Assembly: GCA_024275095.1 (NCBI GenBank)
Contig: JAJRZV010000046.1
Location: forward strand, 1-41,614
Source of the DNA: a bacterium
GTDB lineage: Bacteria > JAJRZV01
Length of the DNA: 41,614 bases
Direction of reading: 5' to 3'
Numbering within the stretch: the first letter of the stretch is position 1; every line of letters begins with the position of its first letter. The position numbers and the translations under genes were made by a program. Of the stretch, positions 1-7,282 are shown in pieces. The notes under the pieces are model-generated. The model saw only the letters and a list, made by a program, of their open reading frames with translations. It ran no database searches and was not told the DNA's origin.

Positions 1-284
1 GAAGCCGCCCCATGCTTTCGGACCTGAGGGAGTCCGGGGCCATAGAGCAGGACGCTGACGTGATTATGTTCATTCACAGAGAGGCGGATTTCAGCGAGCT
101 TTGTTCTTGCCCTCCGGATGAAGAGTGCATATGCGGCAGGCGGGGCGCAGAGAATCTTGTGGATGTTGATATAAAGAAGAACAGGAACGGTCCGGTTGGT
201 TCTTTCAAGCTGGTATTTTTAAGGGACTACACAACCTTTGAGAATCCTGCACCCGAGCCGGAAGTTCCGTTTATAAGTGAGTGA
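1..284 (+). CDS. dnaB: Replicative DNA helicase, C-terminal fragment (5' truncated by window)
   Basis: RPMLSDLRESGAIEQDADVIMFIHR and KNRNGPVG are hallmark DnaB C-terminal motifs; frame open to the window edge. Confidence 0.95.
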   Translation, partial: SRPMLSDLRESGAIEQDADVIMFIHREADFSELCSCPPDEECICGRRGAENLVDVDIKKNRNGPVGSFKLVFLRDYTTFENPAPEPEVPFISE

Positions 285-1068
285 CGGGTTCTCCTGTCCA
301 CGTCCAGTAACCTTTCATAACTTTTTGGCTTTGCCTGACGGCCCGGGTTGTAAATGATTGTGCACGACGTACGCTTTCTTCAATGGAGTGTCCCATGGCC
401 AGTTCACAGGCAAGGGATGTGGAAAAGATACACCCTGTTCCCCGAACGTTTTTTTTAAGGCGTTGATAGGGTAGCTTTTGAACTGTATCTTTGAGAGCAA
501 GTACATTATATACACGTCTCTTCTTTGAGACATCTCCCATTTTGAGGAATACGGCTTCCACACCCAGGAGGGAACGCAGCGTGCTCGCCATTTCTTCGGG
601 GTCGAAGTTAAAGTGACCTTTTAGTACCTTGATGAGCTCTTTTGCTTCTGCCCAGGTTGGTGTAATCACGTGTGCGTGTCTCATTAAAGTCAAAAGATCT
701 CTCAGGGGTGCACTGAAGGCCTGAGCGGCTGAGCTTGGGTTTATCACGGGGTCAAGTACAACCCAGGATGGCCTGGCTTGTTTTAGAGTTTTTGCAAGAA
801 GACGACACACCGATGAGGAAGGTATGTGTCCGATTTTTACAGCATCAAATGTGTGAATTTCAAATGCTCGTTTCAGAGCTTCTTTTAGAAATCCCGAAGC
901 AGGCACGTGGGTTTCAAAATACCTGTTGTGCCATTGAATTGTAAGAGAGGTAGGTATGGAAAAGTGATATGTTTCATAATGCAGGGCCACGAGCCTGTCC
1001 ACGAGAATTCCTGCGCCTCCGGAAGGATCAAATCCTGAAAGTATGAGCAAGGATGGTTTAGTTTTCAT
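271..1068 (-). CDS. thiD: Hydroxymethylpyrimidine/phosphomethylpyrimidine kinase
   Basis: GFDPSGGAGI, VVLDPV, ITP, RGTGC motifs; overlaps thiE. Confidence 0.85.
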   Translation of the reverse strand: MKTKPSLLILSGFDPSGGAGILVDRLVALHYETYHFSIPTSLTIQWHNRYFETHVPASGFLKEALKRAFEIHTFDAVKIGHIPSSSVCRLLAKTLKQARPSWVVLDPVINPSSAAQAFSAPLRDLLTLMRHAHVITPTWAEAKELIKVLKGHFNFDPEEMASTLRSLLGVEAVFLKMGDVSKKRRVYNVLALKDTVQKLPYQRLKKNVRGTGCIFSTSLACELAMGHSIEESVRRAQSFTTRAVRQSQKVMKGYWTWTGEPVTHL

Positions 1069-1690
1069 CGACGAGTTGTAGAAATTTGCGTGTTGTTTTT
1101 TCGGGATCAGGAGCGCCGAAAATTGCAGAAATACACGCTATGCCATATGCTCCTGCATCGAGTATTTGCTGAACATTAGAAAGGTTAATACCACCGATTG
1201 CATATATTGGTCGGATAGCTTTTCGAACAGCCGCCTTCAGATTGGTTATCCCCTGAACAACAGTGCCTGCCTGTTTCGTGGTTGTCGGGAAGATTGTACC
1301 GAAAGCAAGGTAATCTACACTGTTTGATATTTCGGGTACTTCGATTTCATCTATTGAGTGAGCTGAATAACCTATTATTAATCTGTTTCCAAATGTTTTT
1401 CTCAATAGAAAGGGGGGGATATCATTACTTCCAACATGTACTCCATCTGCTCCCGCGACGAGAGCGATGTCTGCCCTGTCGTTAACCACGATAATTGCAT
1501 CAGAACATGCCTTCAGTTGTTTTACAAGCTGGAAAAAAGCGCGGTCATTTGAACATTTTTTCCACCTTACCTGGACAAGTCTTACACCTGCCCGGATTAT
1601 CGCCTGTCCCAGTTCAAAAACCCTGTCCGGTGAGCCAATGTAATCAACATCAAGAATTGGATACAGTCGGGGTAGAGATTTTTCCCTCAC
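1058..1690 (-). CDS. thiE: Thiamine phosphate synthase
   Basis: VQVRWK, NDRADIA, GADGVHVG, IGYSAH, FPTTTK, AIGGI motifs. Confidence 0.92.
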   Translation of the reverse strand: MREKSLPRLYPILDVDYIGSPDRVFELGQAIIRAGVRLVQVRWKKCSNDRAFFQLVKQLKACSDAIIVVNDRADIALVAGADGVHVGSNDIPPFLLRKTFGNRLIIGYSAHSIDEIEVPEISNSVDYLAFGTIFPTTTKQAGTVVQGITNLKAAVRKAIRPIYAIGGINLSNVQQILDAGAYGIACISAIFGAPDPEKTTRKFLQLVDEN

Positions 1691-1696
1691 GTTGTG

Positions 1697-2395
1697 TTAG
1701 CTTTTAATGTTGTACTTTTGAATTTTTTTTGAAAGTGTATTTCGATTAATTCCCAGGATGCGAGCAGCCTGGAGGATGTTTCCCTCGGTTTTTTCAAGCA
1801 CGAGTTTGAACAGGACCTTTTCAAACTCTCCTGTTATTATGTTGTAGAAATTACCTGCTTTTTCCAGATCCCGACGTTCCAGAAGGTTACGTAATTTCAT
1901 GGATATTACTTCCTCCAGTGAGAATCGAGTTATGATTTTTTCGAGAGAGTCGCGTGCGAGTTTTCTTTTGGAAATACGAGTTCCGTCTGTCGGGAAAAGA
2001 TACACGAAGTTGGGGTCTTCAAGATCCCTCGATATAATGGATTTGGCAATAATGAAATCTGTTTGTTCCGCATCTACCGGCTCCCTGATGATGTCGGGAA
2101 TACCTTTTTTGAAAAGGGAGGGTACGAGATGGGCATTGCCTTCGTTTACAAGAGCTATCACATACAACCTATCAGATTGTGCGATAAGTCTTTCCACGAT
2201 TTTGAATTTTTCTTCCTCGGACTGAGAGAAGTCCACGGCAACCATTGCGGGCTTTTCTTCCCACTCTCCCCGAAGGAACGGTTCTATATCTTTTACAGGG
2301 GTGACCTCACATCCCCGGCCTTGAAGAAGATTGATGAAAGAGACCCATTTCCGCCTGTCGCCTATAAATGAGACAGGTAGAGGTTTTTGTTTCAA
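1697..2395 (-). CDS. Fis-type HTH regulator with degenerate receiver-like N-terminal domain
   Basis: C-terminal LEKTEGNILQAARILGINRNTLSKKI (Fis/NtrC HTH); receiver-like alpha/beta N-terminus; no AAA+ domain. Confidence 0.7.
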   Translation of the reverse strand: MKQKPLPVSFIGDRRKWVSFINLLQGRGCEVTPVKDIEPFLRGEWEEKPAMVAVDFSQSEEEKFKIVERLIAQSDRLYVIALVNEGNAHLVPSLFKKGIPDIIREPVDAEQTDFIIAKSIISRDLEDPNFVYLFPTDGTRISKRKLARDSLEKIITRFSLEEVISMKLRNLLERRDLEKAGNFYNIITGEFEKVLFKLVLEKTEGNILQAARILGINRNTLSKKIQKYNIKS

Positions 2396-2396
2396 A

Positions 2397-3260
2397 TTAT
2401 TTTTTCCTCCCTACTTTTATAATAAGTACCGGTACCGGTGTTTTTCGTATTACTTTTTCTACGGTACTTCCCAGAAGAATGCGACCTACACCTGTGCGGC
2501 CATGGGATGCCATAACAATTAAATCCACCTTTTCGGAGGATGCAAATTCGCTGATTCCGTCTGCGGCATCCGATGCTGGAATTACCCTTTCTTCGACAGG
2601 GACGGAGCTTTTTTTCTGAGCTTTTCTCAACCGATTGATGAATTCTTCCTGAAGTACCTTAAGAATTTTTTGGGGTATTACTGCTCCCAGGGTTTCCAAG
2701 CAGTAAAGAAGATAGATCTTTTTTACATTCAAATGTTCAGAGAGTTTGACTGCAAACTGGAAGCCTTTATAGGATGTTTTTGATGTATCTGTCGGCACAA
2801 GTATTTTGCGAATTATCGGCCGTCTTTTGGTTCGTGTTACAAGCACAGGAATATCGGCACCCCTTAACACACGCGCTGTGACAGAACCAAGGAAAAATCT
2901 TTCAATCCCGGAAAGCCCACGGGTGCCCATGGTAATGACATCTACCTTTTTCTTACGGGCGACTCTGAGGATTTCCTGATGTGGTGAGCCATAGGAAACC
3001 TCTACATCACATTTGATACCCTGAGATCTTATGTTTGTTGCAAGTTCTTCTAATTTTTCTTGAGCGTGCTGAGTCTGTTTTTCTCCCAGCTGTTCGATAA
3101 ATTCTGGAGAGATGGCATCTGAAAAGCTGATATTGGTTTCAGGGATTACATGAAGAAGGACGATCTTGCCGTTTGTTTTTTTGGCTAAATATTGTGTCCA
3201 TCTCAACGCTTCAAGAGAATGTTCCGAGAAGTCTATTGATACCATATATTTTTCGAACAT
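2397..3260 (-). CDS. Tandem-domain universal stress protein
   Basis: Two Usp domains (DFSEHS...MGTRG...LGSVT; PTDTS...MASHGRTG...LGSTVE); GGAGG RBS. Confidence 0.92.
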   Translation of the reverse strand: MFEKYMVSIDFSEHSLEALRWTQYLAKKTNGKIVLLHVIPETNISFSDAISPEFIEQLGEKQTQHAQEKLEELATNIRSQGIKCDVEVSYGSPHQEILRVARKKKVDVITMGTRGLSGIERFFLGSVTARVLRGADIPVLVTRTKRRPIIRKILVPTDTSKTSYKGFQFAVKLSEHLNVKKIYLLYCLETLGAVIPQKILKVLQEEFINRLRKAQKKSSVPVEERVIPASDAADGISEFASSEKVDLIVMASHGRTGVGRILLGSTVEKVIRKTPVPVLIIKVGRKK

Positions 3261-3331
3261 GACCCCCTCCGGTGATTTGGGGACAATTTATCAGATGAAC
3301 ATCCAAGGGGCAAATGAAAAAGCTACCGCCT

Positions 3332-3351
3332 CCCCACCCATCCCACTTCCC
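3332..3351 (-). other. Canonical G-quadruplex motif in rpmA-usp intergenic region
   Basis: Minus strand reads GGG-AAGT-GGG-AT-GGG-T-GGGG. Confidence 0.4.
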
Positions 3352-3390
3352 TTTCTTGTTGTTTAATCCGGCTTCTCCTGAGCAGAGCGT

Positions 3391-3630
3391 TCAGGCAGGG
3401 CGTACAGAAACGACTCGCCCGTTGAATTCCACAATACCTTCAGTGAGCGCATAGAGTGTGTAGTCGCGCCCCAGCCCGACTCCAAAACCTGGCTTAAAGC
3501 GGGTTCCACACTGCCTCACAATGATTTCACCGGATTTTACATACTGTCCGCCGAAGCGTTTTACCCCCCGGTATTTTGGATTGCTGTCTCGGCCGTTTCG
3601 CGAACTTCCTTGCCCTTTTTTGTGAGCCAA
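3391..3630 (-). CDS. rpmA: 50S ribosomal protein L27
   Basis: [16 protein letters not shown]...[11 protein letters not shown] start with GGAGG RBS; follows rplU. Confidence 0.97.
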   Translation of the reverse strand: MAHKKGQGSSRNGRDSNPKYRGVKRFGGQYVKSGEIIVRQCGTRFKPGFGVGLGRDYTLYALTEGIVEFNGRVVSVRPA

Positions 3631-3633
3631 GGC

Positions 3634-3957
3634 TTATCCCTCCCCTGATTCAATCTTTTTAATGTACAACTTACTGTAATGTTGGCGATGTACCTTTTTG
3701 ACTTTTGAGTCTTTTCGACGTCGTTTTTTAAAAATAATGACTTTTTTCCCTTTCAGATGTTCCTGTACCTCTGCTATTACACGTGCGTTGGCTACAAGAG
3801 GTTTACCGGGTATTAGTACGCTGCCATCAGACAGTGCCAGTACTTCTTCAAGGGTTATTTCTTCTCCTGTGGATACGTTTAATTTCTCGACCAGAAGTAC
3901 ATCCCCTTCTCGGACAATGTATTACTTGCCGCCGGTTCTGATGACAGCGTACTTCAT
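3634..3957 (-). pseudogene. rplU: 50S ribosomal protein L21 with in-frame TAA at codon 12 (missed by the ORF track)
   Basis: Manual translation MKYAVIRTGGK*YIVREGDVLLVEKL...KVIIFKKRRRKDSKVKKVHRQHYSKLYIKKIESGEG; TAA at 3922-3924; 108 codons in one frame directly upstream of rpmA. Confidence 0.92.
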
Positions 3958-3978
3958 TGCTTCTACCCGAATGAATTT

Positions 3979-4320
3979 TTAAATTTTTCCCACCAGCATA
4001 AAACAAATAATAAGTGAATATATCACGAGAGATTCAATAAGCACAAGTCCCAAAACAAGAGGAATGAACATCTGGTCTCTTGCACCGGGATTGCGGGCGA
4101 TACCTTCCATGGCCGCTGCCACGGAACGTCCCTGGGCAGTAGCTCCTGCAGCTGAAGCAATGGCGATGCCGAAACCAGCAGCAAGAGCCAGTGCGAATTT
4201 TACAATGTCCCCCGATGAAGCTGCTTCAGCGGTTTCTTCTGCGGCGTGGGCCATACCGGCTGCCATTACGAGAGCCAGGCCACATAGTGTGCTCGTCAGT
4301 TGCACCAGCTTTTTCTTCAT
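3979..4320 (-). CDS. atpE: F0 ATP synthase subunit c, with signal-peptide-like N-terminal extension
   Basis: AQG...ARNP...LIESLVIY hairpin with catalytic Glu. Confidence 0.95.
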   Translation of the reverse strand: MKKKLVQLTSTLCGLALVMAAGMAHAAEETAEAASSGDIVKFALALAAGFGIAIASAAGATAQGRSVAAAMEGIARNPGARDQMFIPLVLGLVLIESLVIYSLIICFMLVGKI

Positions 4321-4344
4321 GCTGCACCTCCTCGCTTCAATGTT

Positions 4345-5016
4345 TTATTCGTGTGCAATGGCAAGGCCAATATATATGGCTGTAAGCATGGCAAATACAA
4401 AGGCCTGCACAAAAGCTACGATGAGAGCCATGAATAAAAATATTGCAGGTACTCCCACGGGAATAAGATGTTGAAATATTTCGAGCACCATATGGTCGCT
4501 GAACATGTTACCGAAAAGTCGGATGGAGAGGGTGACAGGCCTGAATACGTGACTTACAAGTTCTATGAGCAGGAACATCGGCGCCATTAATTTGATAGGG
4601 CCCAGAAAGTGCTTCAGGTAGGAAATGCCGTGTGCCCGGAACCCGGTGTAATTGTAATAAAGAAATACGAAAAATGCGGCTCCTGCATTCACATTGATGT
4701 TCGATGTGGGTGGGATAAAACCGGGAATCAGCCCCAGAAGGTTCATGGCCAGTATGTATATAAACACGGCTGCTACAAAGGGGGTGTACTTATCTCCTTC
4801 TCTGCCGGCAATGTAGTGAACGAGGTTTCTGTTAAACTCCACAATAAGCTCTATGAAATTGTAAAGTGTGGGTCTGGGATTGGGTAAAATGTCATTTTCT
4901 TCGGGATTTTTTCGCGAGATAAGAGAGTAAAGGATAAGAAGTATGGCCACAAACAGTCCGCAGAGCAGGAAGTCTTCGTATCCTTTCAGGAAGGGTATCT
5001 GGGATAACCAGGTCAT
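4345..5016 (-). CDS. atpB: F0 ATP synthase subunit a
   Basis: NLLGLIPG, PTSNIN, RPVTLSIRLFGNM, VQAFVFAMLT. Confidence 0.97.
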   Translation of the reverse strand: MTWLSQIPFLKGYEDFLLCGLFVAILLILYSLISRKNPEENDILPNPRPTLYNFIELIVEFNRNLVHYIAGREGDKYTPFVAAVFIYILAMNLLGLIPGFIPPTSNINVNAGAAFFVFLYYNYTGFRAHGISYLKHFLGPIKLMAPMFLLIELVSHVFRPVTLSIRLFGNMFSDHMVLEIFQHLIPVGVPAIFLFMALIVAFVQAFVFAMLTAIYIGLAIAHE

Positions 5017-5378
5017 TTTGACTGCTCCTTCCGAGTTTGGTTGACGAACATTAACATAATGGCGAGAGAAATGACAACAATTACTGTACCGACGGCCATG
5101 GCTGCAAAATTACCGTGAAGCTTGAGTACAGCTACTATGAAAATTGCGGCCAAAAGCACCTTTACGCCGAACAATCCAAATGCCCTTATGCGAGATGACC
5201 GAATTAAGACCACATCGAGAGCTTCTCCTGTGAGAAAGGCGAGGGTTACCACAAGGGCTGCTCCGCTTGCAAATGAGAGTGCTGTGACAGCATCCGTCAT
5301 AAACCAGACGAAAATTGTCATAACGATGGTGATACCCGAAGTTATCAAAAGCATACGTCTCAGTATTCGCTTGCTCAT
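5013..5378 (-). CDS. atpI: ATP synthase subunit I-like membrane protein
   Basis: Four hydrophobic segments; lies between atpZ and atpB. Confidence 0.6.
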   Translation of the reverse strand: MSKRILRRMLLITSGITIVMTIFVWFMTDAVTALSFASGAALVVTLAFLTGEALDVVLIRSSRIRAFGLFGVKVLLAAIFIVAVLKLHGNFAAMAVGTVIVVISLAIMLMFVNQTRKEQSK

Positions 5379-5599
5379 TATTTCGTTTTGCCTGCTTTAC
5401 GCAATATAATCAATAAGTTATACACGCCGGCTGTGAAACCTATCAGTATAAAAATTCCTATGCACAGTCCCTCGGTTCCCCACTTTTTGTCAAGAAAGTA
5501 ACCCAGCAAAGCACCTCCTGTAACAGCAGCAGCCAGTTCGGTACCTGCCGCGATATACAGAAGACCCCGTTGAAATGTATTTGAAGAGTTTTCTTTCAC
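5378..5599 (-). CDS. atpZ: AtpZ/AtpI family protein (ATPase gene 1)
   Basis: GALLGYFLDKKWGT...G motif; first gene of the F0 cluster. Confidence 0.85.
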   Translation of the reverse strand: MKENSSNTFQRGLLYIAAGTELAAAVTGGALLGYFLDKKWGTEGLCIGIFILIGFTAGVYNLLIILRKAGKTK

Positions 5600-5600
5600 G

Positions 5601-6881
5601 CTACACCTTCAGTTCTTTAAAAGATGCTCTGGCTGCTTCTATTGTTTTACGGATATCGTCCTCAGTATGTGCTGTCGAGATAAACCATCCTTCAAACTGT
5701 GATGGTGGTAAGTAAATTCCCCGTTTAAGCATCGAATGAAAAAATTGACTGAAAAGATTGATGTTCGAAGATTTTGCAGCTTCCAGATTTTTTACCTTTT
5801 GTGTGTTAAAAAATACCGTAAGTACAGAGCCAACACGATTTATAGTGATGGACACGTCAGTCTCTTTTGCAGCCTCAAGCAGTCCGTTTTCGAGAGTTTT
5901 GCCTATTTTGTCCAGGCGATCGTAAGGCCTTTCTTTTTTCAGAATGCGAAGGGTGGCCAGCCCTGCAGCCATGGCTACCGGGTTGCCGCTGAGTGTACCT
6001 GCCTGATACACATCTCCAAGCGGTGCCAGCTTTGTCATGATATCTTTCGGACCGCCGTAGGCTCCCACAGGGAATCCTCCTCCAATGATTTTTCCTAAAC
6101 AGGTAATATCAGGCTCAATACCCAGTACTGTTTGAGCTCCTTCAAATGCCACCCTGAAACCGGTGATCACTTCATCGGCCACAAGGAGTGCTCCGTGAGA
6201 GCGAACATTTTTCAGTGCTTCCAGGAAGTCATGTTCGGGGGTTATCACACCCATATTACCTGCAATGAGTTCCACGATGACACAGGCTGTTTCTTCACCG
6301 TGCTTTTTCATATAATCATCCAGCGCGTTTGCGTCGTTGTAAGGCAGAACCGTTGTCAGTGCGGATAATTCATCCGGTATTCCAGGAGAGCCAGGAAGAC
6401 CAAAGGTAAGAGCCCCGGAACCTGCCTTTACAAGAAGTGAATCCGTGTGTCCGTGATAGCAACCGTCGAATTTGACGATCCGCTTGCGCCCTGTAACTCC
6501 CCGGGCAAGGCGAATTGCGCTCATGGTTGCTTCTGTTCCTGAGTTGACAAACCTGACCATCTCCACGGAGGGAATGGCGGATGTTACCAGTTCCGCCATC
6601 TCTACCTCCACCTCACACGGAGCCCCGAAGCTGGTGCCTTTGCTCGCGTACTCTCTCACAGCTTTCAAAATTTCTTCATGAGCGTGCCCGAGTATGAGAG
6701 GTCCCCATGACATGACGTAGTCAATATATTCGTTACCGTCCACGTCGAAGATATGCGAGCCTTTGCCATGAGAAATGAAGACAGGTGTGCCACCCACAGC
6801 ACCAAATGCCCTCACCGGGCTGTTCACTCCACCTACGAGAACCTTTTTCGCACGTTCAAAAAGTCTGGCAGAACCGCTCAT
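5601..6881 (-). CDS. hemL: Glutamate-1-semialdehyde 2,1-aminomutase
   Basis: GGVNSPVRAF, NSGTEATM, CLGKIIGGG, YQAGTLSGNP; start placed at ATG 6881 after GGAGGTG RBS. Confidence 0.97.
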   Translation of the reverse strand: MSGSARLFERAKKVLVGGVNSPVRAFGAVGGTPVFISHGKGSHIFDVDGNEYIDYVMSWGPLILGHAHEEILKAVREYASKGTSFGAPCEVEVEMAELVTSAIPSVEMVRFVNSGTEATMSAIRLARGVTGRKRIVKFDGCYHGHTDSLLVKAGSGALTFGLPGSPGIPDELSALTTVLPYNDANALDDYMKKHGEETACVIVELIAGNMGVITPEHDFLEALKNVRSHGALLVADEVITGFRVAFEGAQTVLGIEPDITCLGKIIGGGFPVGAYGGPKDIMTKLAPLGDVYQAGTLSGNPVAMAAGLATLRILKKERPYDRLDKIGKTLENGLLEAAKETDVSITINRVGSVLTVFFNTQKVKNLEAAKSSNINLFSQFFHSMLKRGIYLPPSQFEGWFISTAHTEDDIRKTIEAARASFKELKV

Positions 6882-7017
6882 GTGTTCACCTCCTGGGGTT
6901 CCTGGGCAAAGAATAGCTACCACCTTGTCAACGGTCAACAGTTTAAAGCTGAAAGGGCTCGTTCTTCTGTTTTTTTATCAGTCAGAAGGTAGTTCCTGCC
7001 CGCATGTATAGCGCACA

Positions 7018-7141
7018 CGGCACGCGTGATTGGTGCGTGTCGAGAAGTAGGGATAGGGCGGGTGGGAAATATAAGATCGGCGCACAGCAGGAGGGTGCGC
7101 CGAGAGATAATCAGGGATAGGGCGGGTGGGAAATATAAGAT
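7018..7141 (+). repeat. Tandem hairpin + 29-nt direct repeat units (two copies)
   Basis: AGGGATAGGGCGGGTGGGAAATATAAGAT identical at 7049-7077 and 7113-7141; each preceded by a related hairpin (7018-7042, 7077-7103). Confidence 0.9.
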
Positions 7142-7282
7142 ATAGTAGCAGCCTACCAAAAAAACAAAACAACCGTGCCGCCTACGTACAAAGGTGCTGG
7201 AAAATATCTTGAATCCTACCCCTATAGTAAGTGATAATGTTGATAATTTTATTTATAACTTTTGGCCAATGGAGGGATATCA

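Noticed and set aside
102-146. Intein in dnaB
   Set aside because: Insertion is only about 10-15 residues, with no intein blocks or terminal His-Asn
3698-3982. 94-aa plus-strand ORF
   Set aside because: Antisense shadow of the interrupted rplU
3979-4320. Na+-translocating ATP synthase
   Set aside because: Has Gln, Glu-Ser and Tyr but Leu instead of Thr after ES; ion specificity cannot be called
7049-7141. CRISPR mini-array (29-nt repeats, 35-nt spacer)
   Set aside because: Only two repeats, no cas genes in the window, and the spacer is a hairpin related to the sequence before repeat 1, unlike acquired spacers
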